A DNA stretch of 64,000 bases. It comes from Elusimicrobiota bacterium (GTDB lineage Bacteria; Elusimicrobiota; Endomicrobiia; Endomicrobiales; JBDRNC01). The stretch covers positions 45,050-109,049 of the forward strand of contig JBDRNC010000038.1 of the NCBI GenBank assembly GCA_043811535.1, given 5' to 3'. Position 1 is the stretch's first letter, and each line of letters begins with the position of its first letter. Below the pieces are notes generated by a model that was not told the DNA's origin, searched no databases, and was given only the letters and a program-made list of their open reading frames with translations. Below, piece by piece: positions 37,417-46,910 of the stretch. Position numbers and translations under genes: made by a program.

Positions 37417-38406
37417 ATGAATTTAGAAAAGATAGCCGGTAAATTGAGGATTTCAAGAAGGACGGTTTCACGCGTGCTCAAGAACGATAAATACGTGGAT
37501 GAGGGTAAAAGAAAGAGGGTGCTCAAGTACTTAAAGAAAAATAGGTACGTGCCGAACTTCAACGCATCAAGCCTTGCGGTCAGAAATTCAAAGGTAGTGA
37601 GCATGGTCCTGCCCCGGGGTGTTATAATGAGCATTGATTACTTCCTGGCGGAAACAATCAAGTGTCTGTCTTTGGAACTGGAGAAAAACGGGCATTACCT
37701 GATGATATTCACGGACGAAAAGCACGAGTACGAAAAGCTGTTCGGCCTGTACGAAAGCAAAACCGTAGGGGGTTTTGTTATTTTCAGCCCTTCTAATAAT
37801 GATGTTGGGTACATGAACGAGATCAGAAAAAGCAAAATTCCCGCGGTTATAGTGTTCTCGCATTTTAAAGGAATTGATTCATTTTCGTGCGATAATTTCA
37901 ATGGCGCGTACGCCGCGACAAAGCACCTTATAGACAGCGGGAAAAGAAATATCGGATTTATCCACGGCCACCTGAGCTGGGTAGATTCGCAAGACAGATT
38001 TTTCGGGTATTTGAGCGCGCTGAAAGATGCCGGCGTAAAATACCGCCCGGAATTGGTCAAAATAGGGTATTTTGACTACGAAGGAGGCAGAAAAGCGGCT
38101 GAGGAAATGTTAAGCGAGGGAAAGGCCGACGCGATATTCGCGGCTAACGACAAGATGGCCATCGGCGCGATATACGCTATCAACGGGGCCGGTAAAAGCG
38201 TTCCGGAGGATATTGCGGTCGTTGGATTTGACGATATTCTTGAAGGCAAATTCATAAGTCCTTCCCTGACGACCGTAAGCCAGCCGATAGGCGTAATCAT
38301 AGAAAATGCCGCGAGAAGGCTGAGCGAGAGAATGAAAAGCAAGAAATTCCTGGACCCGATATTTAAAACGTATGAGCCGGACCTCATAAAGAGAAAATCA
38401 GCATAG
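37417..38406 (+). CDS. LacI-family regulator (paralogue of 32681-33673)
   Basis: [13 protein letters not shown]; shared [25 protein letters not shown]. Confidence 0.95.
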   Translation: MNLEKIAGKLRISRRTVSRVLKNDKYVDEGKRKRVLKYLKKNRYVPNFNASSLAVRNSKVVSMVLPRGVIMSIDYFLAETIKCLSLELEKNGHYLMIFTDEKHEYEKLFGLYESKTVGGFVIFSPSNNDVGYMNEIRKSKIPAVIVFSHFKGIDSFSCDNFNGAYAATKHLIDSGKRNIGFIHGHLSWVDSQDRFFGYLSALKDAGVKYRPELVKIGYFDYEGGRKAAEEMLSEGKADAIFAANDKMAIGAIYAINGAGKSVPEDIAVVGFDDILEGKFISPSLTTVSQPIGVIIENAARRLSERMKSKKFLDPIFKTYEPDLIKRKSA

Positions 38407-38419
38407 GGAGGTTAGAGCC

Positions 38420-39391
38420 ATGAAAAGGGCATTACTTGCGGTGATGTTGATTGTTTTTGTTGCGTGCGCGGCGGAATTGCGCGCCAAGACGCTGCTGGAC
38501 GGTTTTGAGGACGCGTCTACCTGGAACTGGATGGGGGGCGACATCGTTCCGGAACCGGAGAAAGGAATGCAGAAAAAGTGCGTCGGTTTTAAATTCGGGC
38601 TGACTGACGAAATAACTTGGGCCGGAGTGGCAAGGGAATACGATCCACCGATAAATTTACCGAGTAATTATAACATTGAGTTCTATATAAAGGGGGAAGG
38701 TAAGAAGAACACTCTTGAGTTTAAACTGATGGGTGTGGATGGGAACGTTTTCATGAAAAAGTGGAATGGTTTTGAACTGCCCGGCGCATGGAAGAAAATG
38801 ACGATTGACAGGGAAGAGATCACTTTCGGATGGGGGCCTGATCCGAAGGCTGTTCTTGAGAAAGTGAAAAGAATAGAGGTTGTCATATCAAAAGGGGAGG
38901 GAGGAGCCGGAAAGGTGTATGTGGACGAGCTGTCCCTGAATGAAATGGGGTCTTCGGATATCACCTCAAAGATCACTGAAAACCGCAAAGCGACGGCGTC
39001 GTCAAACGAGGCGAAAAACACACCGGAATTCGCGGTTGACGACAATATGGCGACGCGCTGGAGCAGCGAATTTTCCGACCCGCAGTGGATTGAAATTGAA
39101 TTTGAGGACTCCGTGCCTGTTGATAAAATTAAATTGTGCTGGGAAAGCGCATATGCCAAAGAGTATCAGGTCCAGGTTTCCGATGACAAGAAGAAATGGT
39201 ACGTAGTGTATGAAGAAAAGAACGGCTCGGGAGGCACTAACATAATAAGGTTCAACCCGGTCTCCGTAAAATACCTTAAAGTCTACGGGGTGTCAAGGGG
39301 GACTGATTGGGGATATTCCCTGTGGGAAATTGAAGCATACCGCGCGAACGGCAATCCGGTTCCGCTTTCAAAATTCAAGCAGGCCGAGTAA
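38420..39391 (+). CDS. Secreted CBM-like + F5/8C protein without catalytic domain
   Basis: Matches the N-terminus of the 33699 protein; AVDDNMATRWSS...GYSLWE. Confidence 0.7.
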   Translation: MKRALLAVMLIVFVACAAELRAKTLLDGFEDASTWNWMGGDIVPEPEKGMQKKCVGFKFGLTDEITWAGVAREYDPPINLPSNYNIEFYIKGEGKKNTLEFKLMGVDGNVFMKKWNGFELPGAWKKMTIDREEITFGWGPDPKAVLEKVKRIEVVISKGEGGAGKVYVDELSLNEMGSSDITSKITENRKATASSNEAKNTPEFAVDDNMATRWSSEFSDPQWIEIEFEDSVPVDKIKLCWESAYAKEYQVQVSDDKKKWYVVYEEKNGSGGTNIIRFNPVSVKYLKVYGVSRGTDWGYSLWEIEAYRANGNPVPLSKFKQAE

Positions 39392-39408
39392 ATTAAAGGA
39401 GATCTTAC

Positions 39409-42192
39409 ATGAAACTTATCGCATCCCGTTTAAAAGTGTTTTTTGCGGTTTTAGCGCTGTCAATTGCGGCTTTCGGGAACTGTTTCGCGAGCTGGGACGA
39501 TATTTCCATGTGGAATACCGGTGAAAAAGAGGGTTCTACCAAGGTCAAATTCGAGCAATTCAAGGGAATCAACGGCGACGGGATAAAAGTGAATATCGAG
39601 CTTCCCGACGATAAACACGGGTACGTCGTGTTGAAAAGAAAAATGGACGGAAAGTATTCGCCCGATGTCCCGTTTGTTTTCAAGGTCAAATCGGGCGTGG
39701 CGGCGAACCTTGAGATAAAGATGATAGATAAAGACGGCTCGAATTTCGTCAAGTTCATAGACATGAAAGGCAAATTCAAGGATTGGGAGCAGGTCACGGT
39801 TTACCTGGACAACCTGGATTACGGGTGGGGCGGGGACGACAAGTTCGGAGAATTTGACAATTTCTGCATCGGAATATCCGGGAAAAATACGAAAGGCACG
39901 GTGTGGCTTGACGAATTAGGCCTCGGCGAAAAAGGCGCGCGCTCTTCATTCCCGATATCCAGGAAGAAAATGGAGGCCTACTACGAAAAAGCGGCCGCGG
40001 CTGCCCCGCTCGGATATTTTCCGAGATGGCTCGTAAAGCAGCAGAGTTACTGGACGGTAGCCGGCGTGGACTACGATGAGCAGGAAACGCTTGTAAGCGA
40101 AGAAGGCAATATAGAACCGTTCTTTCATGCGTTCTCGGTCCAGCCGTTCCTTTACATAGACGGCTCGCTTATTTCATACGGGCAGGTTGAATGCTCGCAG
40201 TCGATGGAAAAAAGATACGTGCCGGTTTACACGGTGAACTGGAAAAAAGACGCCCTTGACCTTGAGCAAACAATATTCGCCTCGGGCGAAGCGGGCAAGT
40301 CCGGCGATTATGTACGGTATGTATTGAAGAACAGCGGCGGCAAGGCGGTCTCCGGGAAATTATTCCTGGTCTTCAGGCCCTTGCAGGTCAATCCTCCGTG
40401 GCAATACGGCGGGTTTGCCGAGATAGCCAGCATCGGATACGGGAAGGCGGAATATCCTGAAGTGAAAATAAACGGTTTGACGGCACTCGTCTCGTTCACC
40501 GAGCCGGGCGGGTTCGGCGCGCAGGAGTTCGGGGACAGCGAAATCATAGAAACTATCCGCAAAGGGCGGCTTCCCGGAAAGAAGGAAGTCAAGGACTCGT
40601 ACAGCCTGGCCTCGGGCGCGCTGGCGTATGATTTCAGCGTTGAGGCGGGAAAAACGGCGGAGTACTATTTCTACCTGCCTATCCATCCGGAAAGTAGATA
40701 TGACAAGTTCGCGCAGGGCGAATCCACGCGCGCGTATTTTGACAGGAAACTCAAGGAAACCGCGGCGATGTGGGAGAAAAGGATCAATATCGCTGAACTG
40801 ATAGTCCCGGAGCCGGATATCTCCGATTTCGTCAAATCCAACATAGGATACATCCTCATAAACAGGGACAGGGCGCTTATCCAGCCGGGTTCCAGGAACT
40901 ATCAGAGGTCTTTCGTGCGTGACGGGGCGATACTAAGCACGACTCTGCTGAGCCTGGGATACACCGACGAGGTAAAGGAATACATAGAGTTCACCGCGAA
41001 ATCCATCCGCAAGGACGGCTTCGTGCCTTTCATAATGGAAGTGGATAAAATGCCGGATTACGTGAAGGACTGGGTTGAGCTTGACAGCCAGGGCGAGTTC
41101 GTTTTCCTTGTAATGGAATACTACCGCTACACCGGCGACAAGGCGTTTCTTGAGAAATACGCGCCGGCAGTGAAGAAGGCGCTTGAATATATCGTCACGG
41201 TCAGGAGCACGCGGCTGACGCCCGAGTTCAAAGACGGGCCGGATGACAAGAAAAAATTCTACGGATTGCTTCCGGAATCCAACAGCCACGAGGGATATTT
41301 TCCGGGCGTGCACAGCTACTGGGACGACTTCTGGGCCGTCAAGGGGTGGAAAGACGCGAATGAGATGGCGAAAATACTCGGAGACAGGAAAATGGAAAAG
41401 TGGACGCGCGAACAGGGCAAGGATTTTGAGAAAACCTTTTACGATTCCATGCGCCTCGTCATGAAGATCAAGAACCTGGATTTCATTCCGGCCAGCGCGG
41501 ACTACGCCGATTTCGACCCGACGAGCACCTCGATAGGAATATCCCCGTGCGGGGAATATAAGAACCTGCCCGAAAAAGTGCTGAAAGACACGTTTAAAAA
41601 GTATTACAGGAACACGTTTGAGCCGAAATTGAATCCCGCTTGGCAGGGCAGTTACACGCCTTATGAGCAGAGGAACATATTCTCGTTTATTATGATGGGA
41701 CAGAAGGAGAAAGCGCTGCCCATGATGAGATTATTCGTCTCCCACACGCGCCCCCGCGCGTGGAACCATCTCGCGGAGGTCGTATACAGCAATTACAGGG
41801 AGCCGAAATACATCGGCGACATGCCCCATACATGGATAGGCGGCGAGGTGGTAAATACCGTAAGGCTGATGCTTGCGCGCGAGAAAGAAGAAAAACTGAT
41901 CCTTGCCGAAGTCATAGACAGGGAGTGGCTGAAGGCGCCCGGAGGCGTCGGCGTTAAAAACCTGCACACGCACTGGGGAATATTGAACTATATCGCGAGG
42001 CAGACGGAAAATCAGATTAAGATAAGCGTTTCGGGAACGGCAAAACCGCCCAAGGGATTCGTTTTTGTTCTGCCCGAAGGGATAGAAGCAACTCAGGTCA
42101 GCATTAACGGTTCGCTGGCTTCAATAAAACCCGGGAATACCATTGAGTTCATCCAACTGCCCTCGGAGATCACGGTTAAAATAAGAGAATAA
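39409..42192 (+). CDS. Secreted CBM-like + (alpha/alpha)6 glycoside hydrolase-like protein (catalytic paralogue of 33699)
   Basis: QVNPPWQ, QPGSRNY, RDG, DSQG, HSYWDDF, GDMPHTWIG. Confidence 0.7.
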   Translation: MKLIASRLKVFFAVLALSIAAFGNCFASWDDISMWNTGEKEGSTKVKFEQFKGINGDGIKVNIELPDDKHGYVVLKRKMDGKYSPDVPFVFKVKSGVAANLEIKMIDKDGSNFVKFIDMKGKFKDWEQVTVYLDNLDYGWGGDDKFGEFDNFCIGISGKNTKGTVWLDELGLGEKGARSSFPISRKKMEAYYEKAAAAAPLGYFPRWLVKQQSYWTVAGVDYDEQETLVSEEGNIEPFFHAFSVQPFLYIDGSLISYGQVECSQSMEKRYVPVYTVNWKKDALDLEQTIFASGEAGKSGDYVRYVLKNSGGKAVSGKLFLVFRPLQVNPPWQYGGFAEIASIGYGKAEYPEVKINGLTALVSFTEPGGFGAQEFGDSEIIETIRKGRLPGKKEVKDSYSLASGALAYDFSVEAGKTAEYYFYLPIHPESRYDKFAQGESTRAYFDRKLKETAAMWEKRINIAELIVPEPDISDFVKSNIGYILINRDRALIQPGSRNYQRSFVRDGAILSTTLLSLGYTDEVKEYIEFTAKSIRKDGFVPFIMEVDKMPDYVKDWVELDSQGEFVFLVMEYYRYTGDKAFLEKYAPAVKKALEYIVTVRSTRLTPEFKDGPDDKKKFYGLLPESNSHEGYFPGVHSYWDDFWAVKGWKDANEMAKILGDRKMEKWTREQGKDFEKTFYDSMRLVMKIKNLDFIPASADYADFDPTSTSIGISPCGEYKNLPEKVLKDTFKKYYRNTFEPKLNPAWQGSYTPYEQRNIFSFIMMGQKEKALPMMRLFVSHTRPRAWNHLAEVVYSNYREPKYIGDMPHTWIGGEVVNTVRLMLAREKEEKLILAEVIDREWLKAPGGVGVKNLHTHWGILNYIARQTENQIKISVSGTAKPPKGFVFVLPEGIEATQVSINGSLASIKPGNTIEFIQLPSEITVKIRE

Positions 42193-42193
42193 A

Positions 42194-43732
42194 ATGAGAT
42201 ATTTATTAGTGCTGTTCTCGGCGCTCTTTTGCTTTTCGGCATATTCTTCCGCCGGGTTTATTAAACCGGAAAGCAAGGGCAAGATAAAGGTAGCAGGCCG
42301 GCATATCTACGTTAACGGGAAACCGTTCTTTATCAAAGGCGTGGGCTACCAGGCGATGCCGATAGGCGAAACCCTGGGATTCCCTGTATACGAGCATAAA
42401 GAAATCTACGAAAGAGACCTTGCTCTTTTGAGAGAGATGGGCTGCAATACTATAAGGACATGGGACAAGATCACCGGCGATGGATTGATAGACGCATGCT
42501 GGAATAACGGCGACCGCCCGATATATCTGATAACCGGCCCTTTTCTGGACCCGGCGGATATTCAAACAGAGAGCGGCAGAAACAAGGTGATGCAGGAATG
42601 GCGGGAGTTTATCACGAAGTACAAGGACCACCCGGCGATTCTAATGTGGCAGGCGGGGAACGAGGCGAATTACGCCTTTGGCAAGGGAGACTCGCGTCCT
42701 TTGTTCCGGATGATAAACGATATCGCTAAAATGGCCTATGAAATTGAAGGAGAGAATTACCACCCGTTTACAACCGCGAACGGCGGGATGTACGATATAG
42801 GCGAAAATAAACGGGGCGCCGACGACGGGTCAATGGATTACCTGGACGCTTGGGGAGCTAATTGTTACCCCGGAAAGTCGTTCTGGGATCTCTTCCAGGA
42901 TTATGCCTCAAGAAGCGAAAAGCCGTTCTGGCTTTCAGAATACGGGTGCGACGCTTTTGATGTCAGGACCGGCAAAGAAAATCAGGAAGAACATTCGATA
43001 TATGTGACGGCGCTTTACAAGGAAATGGAGGATAACTCGGATATCTGTTCGGGCGGTACTATAATGGCGTATTCGGACGAGTGGTGGAAGGCGGGCAACA
43101 ACTCGCAGCACGACAGCGGCGGGTGGAAACACGGGGGATTATTTGACGGAATGGCAAACGAGGAATGGTGGGGCGTTATAGCCGTGGAAAAACAGGCCGG
43201 AAGAGAAGATAAAGCCCTGCCGCGCAAGGTTTATTACGACCTTGCGAATGAATGGAAGAAAGAAGTGGTGATTAAAAAACCTAAAAAGGATATTAGAACG
43301 GTTAAACTGGCGCCAGGGGATCCTATCCTGCCCGGTGACATTGTTTCCATAAAGGCTTCATCGGAAAATGACGCCGAATCGAAAGCTGTTTACGCGGCGG
43401 ACGGGAAATACAGGACTAGATGGGATTCCGCGCACGGCGTTGACCCCGCGTGGCTGATGATAGAGCTGAATGAACGGAAAAAGATAAGCGGGATACACAT
43501 AAAATGGGAAGTGGCTTCAGCGAAAAAATACAGGATAGAGTTCTCAAATGACGGAAAGTCGTGGTCCGGGGACTTGCCGGTCAGCGACGGCGCGGAAAGA
43601 GAGGAAAGGATAATCTATTTTGACCCGCGAAACGCGAAATATGTAAGGATATTCTGCGAAGAACGCGCGACTGAATGGGGTTATTCCATATGGGAAGTAA
43701 AACTGAATCCGGATATTGAGAAAAATAAATGA
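42194..43732 (+). CDS. Clan GH-A (GH2-like TIM barrel) hydrolase + F5/8C
   Basis: FIKGVGY, GCNTIRTW, GNE acid/base, SEYG nucleophile, DEWWK. Confidence 0.75.
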   Translation: MRYLLVLFSALFCFSAYSSAGFIKPESKGKIKVAGRHIYVNGKPFFIKGVGYQAMPIGETLGFPVYEHKEIYERDLALLREMGCNTIRTWDKITGDGLIDACWNNGDRPIYLITGPFLDPADIQTESGRNKVMQEWREFITKYKDHPAILMWQAGNEANYAFGKGDSRPLFRMINDIAKMAYEIEGENYHPFTTANGGMYDIGENKRGADDGSMDYLDAWGANCYPGKSFWDLFQDYASRSEKPFWLSEYGCDAFDVRTGKENQEEHSIYVTALYKEMEDNSDICSGGTIMAYSDEWWKAGNNSQHDSGGWKHGGLFDGMANEEWWGVIAVEKQAGREDKALPRKVYYDLANEWKKEVVIKKPKKDIRTVKLAPGDPILPGDIVSIKASSENDAESKAVYAADGKYRTRWDSAHGVDPAWLMIELNERKKISGIHIKWEVASAKKYRIEFSNDGKSWSGDLPVSDGAEREERIIYFDPRNAKYVRIFCEERATEWGYSIWEVKLNPDIEKNK

Positions 43733-46700
43733 ACAAAGGTAAGCTAATAGCGTTTATATTGTCTGCGATAGTTTTACTGTTTGCGTCTGCGCGGCTGTCC
43801 GCCGGTGTTATCAGGATAGTCGGCGCGGTATCTTCTTCGATTGAACAGGACAGGCCCGAAGTCGCGGCAAAATACGCTTGCGACGGAAAAATGGAAACGC
43901 GGTGGGCTTCGCAATGGTCGGACCCGCAGTGGATATACTTTGACCTGGGCTCCAGATCGGATTTTAATCTGCTTGAGATCAACTGGGAGGCGGCCTACGG
44001 CAAGATATACGAAGTATATGTTTCCAACGACGCCGGAAAATGGGAGAAAGCGGCAAAGGTTGATAACAGCCAGGGCGGAAAGGACATCATCTATCTCGGA
44101 AAGAGAAAGGCCAGGTACATCAAGATACTCGGAATCGAAAGGGGAATGCAGTTCGGGTATTCCATCTTTGAAGTAAAAGTCAGGAACGAAGAAAATATCA
44201 CATTTCCGGGCGCGCCTGAAAAAATGACTGCCAAATCAATTGACGACGCGATCCTGCTTACGTGGGATAAGGCGGACAACGCCGCGGGGTATGACATATA
44301 CAGGTCAGCGGACGGGAAAGAATCCTTTGAGAAAATAAATAAAGGAACTGTACTGCTGAACAGATATGCGGATATTAATGTTGAATACAAGAAATACTAT
44401 TATTACGTGAGATCCATCAGGTATTTCGGCCAGGAGAGTCAAAAGTCTGAGATTGTATCGGCCGGTCCAAGACAACCCGTGCCGCCTGCGCCTTCGGGCT
44501 GCACGGATTCCGGCAAGCCGTATTACGAGGGCCTGAGCAAGAACAACTTCGGAAGGTACGGATGGCTGACATATCCGTGGGAAAAGCCCGCGTATACCGT
44601 GACCTACTGGGAGCAGGATGGATCGTGCGACGGTACATTGTACTTCACGCTGGCAAAGAATTTCGGGATAAAGATAGGCGGGAAAGAGATACGTCTCGTA
44701 AACAGGGGAACGCCGAAAAAACTGGAGGTTGACAACGTAAGCTGGGTCTCCAAGACGGTTAATCTGGATTACGAGTTGTTTAAATACAAAATCACTTTCG
44801 GGCTTGGGAGCCCGGGGGTTCTTATTCAGAGCGAAGACAAGATGCTGACGCTTGAATGCGCCGGGTTGTCAAACGCGGCTTTCGTTTTAAAAAACGGCGC
44901 GGTACTGAAAGACAGCGGCGATTTATACAATAAGGTAACAGACGGGCCGTTAAAAGAGAACTGGGTACTCTTTTGGGACAGCCAGGGCCGAGTTCCGCTC
45001 CTGGTGGTTCTTAAGAAGATGCCTTCCAAGATTAATCTTTCAGCAGGACGCGTCAATATATACTTTGAGGGTCCGTTTGAGCAGGCGGTCGTATCGGGAA
45101 TTTACGGCGTGGATGCTTCAAATAAAGAATTGACGGCTGACGGTTCTCTGAAATCCGAAACAGCAGGCAAATGCCGTTTCTGGTCAAGAGCGTCGCTCGC
45201 CTATCCCGTAGAATGCAAAGAATATTTCTGGATGGAAGACGAAAACAGCGTAGGCGTCAGGGATGAGTTCAGTTTTTTGAAGATAAAGGATGACTGGGGC
45301 ACGGAGCCTCAGGAACTGGCGCCGGTCTCTCCGCTGTTGTCGTTCGCGAAAGACGCGGGCTATCCCGTCACTTTTACGGGCAAGGTGATTGATTATGATT
45401 TTCCGACATGGTACGGGCCTCTGAGAGGGGTTGCCGGCACGGGGACTGTTGAGTACATTCTTAAGGTCCCGCCTGTCCAGCACAGGACATATATAAACGC
45501 GGGGGGGCATGAGGATTTCAGGCGGAGATGGAATTCTATGATAAGGAACAGCCTGCAATACTGGGCAGGCGGGTACGGAAACATGTGGAAACTCGTGCCC
45601 GAACCTATCTGGGAAAACTCTCCGATGAGCAAGAAAAACCTCGACCCGTATACCTGGATGGGGGTTTTTAATTCGCCTTTCAACGCGATAATGTTCCTCG
45701 ACGATGAAACAAGGACCGAGATGCTGAAGGCCGCCGATGAAAGAATAAGGATACCTTTCACCAAGTATTCGCACCTGATGCCGGCCGAGGTCAGGATAGA
45801 ACCTTATACAAAAACCGTGTATACCGTTTATTGGTGGAACGGCATGTCGACGCCCATCGACAAATACTGGGATATGGATGAAGAATCCTCGTGCGCTTTG
45901 CAGGCGCTTTACTGCTACGCGCTTTACACGCGCGACTGGGAAACCGTGAAGACAAGCTGGAAGGCGGTGAAAAGGGTGGCGAGTTTTCTCGAATCCTGCA
46001 GCGACTGGGCCTATATGGGTTCCGGGTGCAGGGAAGAGGGATTCATGACCAGCATAGACATGCTCAACTCCACGTATCCTGGGCTTCTTGCCTATTCAAA
46101 GCTGGCGAAACAGGCTGGTGACGAGTATATACGGCAGAAAGCGCTTTACATGGCCGCGAAGGCCGCCATCCCGAGCGTTATGAGGTTGAAATTCAGGGAT
46201 TACGCGGAGAAATACAATCTGGGCGTGAATCAGAAGAATTCCATCGCCGGTTTCGGCGAATTCGGGCCGGCCACGCACGACTTTTCCGAAAAAATAACCG
46301 GTTACGTCGGGATAACCTATCTCGACAGCGCGCGCGGCGGGCTCTATCCGGAGCTGATAAGCCTGTATACGCTTTACGCGAAAGAAGAGATAAAGTCGTG
46401 GATAAACAAAATGATGAAGTTATATCCGGAATGGTACAAGGACGAATACTCGATACATTTCATTTACGCGATGTCGATTCTGGGCATGGAAACAGACAAA
46501 CTGGAATATTATCTTGAAGAAAACCTTAAAAAAGCCGAGAAGGTATGGATATGCGACTGGCCGGGGATGTATCACGCGCACTCATCCGCTCCTATATTGT
46601 CTTCGGGATGTCCTTTCTGGCTGACTGACTCATGGATAGGAGCGAAATACGTCAGCTCGTTTTATTACAGGGACAGGAACATGGTTGAACTCGTGTTTGA

Positions 46701-46881
46701 CGCGTCGGGAATGGAAAAACTCGCGGTGGTCGGGTATTCAACGAAAAAACCATTGAAAATCGTCTCAGGCGAAGGGAATCTGCTCGCTGAGAACGAATCC
46801 TGGACATATAATCCCGCCGACGGGAATACAAGCATCGTCATGCAGAACCCGGGGGCCGTGAGGCTTTCAATTTATTACTGA
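43729..46881 (+). CDS. Secreted F5/8C + FN3 + large uncharacterised domain
   Basis: ACDGKMETRWAS...SDPQWI; LTWD...GYDIYRS; aromatic-rich helical C-terminal region. Confidence 0.6.
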   Translation: MNKGKLIAFILSAIVLLFASARLSAGVIRIVGAVSSSIEQDRPEVAAKYACDGKMETRWASQWSDPQWIYFDLGSRSDFNLLEINWEAAYGKIYEVYVSNDAGKWEKAAKVDNSQGGKDIIYLGKRKARYIKILGIERGMQFGYSIFEVKVRNEENITFPGAPEKMTAKSIDDAILLTWDKADNAAGYDIYRSADGKESFEKINKGTVLLNRYADINVEYKKYYYYVRSIRYFGQESQKSEIVSAGPRQPVPPAPSGCTDSGKPYYEGLSKNNFGRYGWLTYPWEKPAYTVTYWEQDGSCDGTLYFTLAKNFGIKIGGKEIRLVNRGTPKKLEVDNVSWVSKTVNLDYELFKYKITFGLGSPGVLIQSEDKMLTLECAGLSNAAFVLKNGAVLKDSGDLYNKVTDGPLKENWVLFWDSQGRVPLLVVLKKMPSKINLSAGRVNIYFEGPFEQAVVSGIYGVDASNKELTADGSLKSETAGKCRFWSRASLAYPVECKEYFWMEDENSVGVRDEFSFLKIKDDWGTEPQELAPVSPLLSFAKDAGYPVTFTGKVIDYDFPTWYGPLRGVAGTGTVEYILKVPPVQHRTYINAGGHEDFRRRWNSMIRNSLQYWAGGYGNMWKLVPEPIWENSPMSKKNLDPYTWMGVFNSPFNAIMFLDDETRTEMLKAADERIRIPFTKYSHLMPAEVRIEPYTKTVYTVYWWNGMSTPIDKYWDMDEESSCALQALYCYALYTRDWETVKTSWKAVKRVASFLESCSDWAYMGSGCREEGFMTSIDMLNSTYPGLLAYSKLAKQAGDEYIRQKALYMAAKAAIPSVMRLKFRDYAEKYNLGVNQKNSIAGFGEFGPATHDFSEKITGYVGITYLDSARGGLYPELISLYTLYAKEEIKSWINKMMKLYPEWYKDEYSIHFIYAMSILGMETDKLEYYLEENLKKAEKVWICDWPGMYHAHSSAPILSSGCPFWLTDSWIGAKYVSSFYYRDRNMVELVFDASGMEKLAVVGYSTKKPLKIVSGEGNLLAENESWTYNPADGNTSIVMQNPGAVRLSIYY

Positions 46882-46910
46882 AACGGACAGTTTAAAGGGG
46901 TGTTATTGGA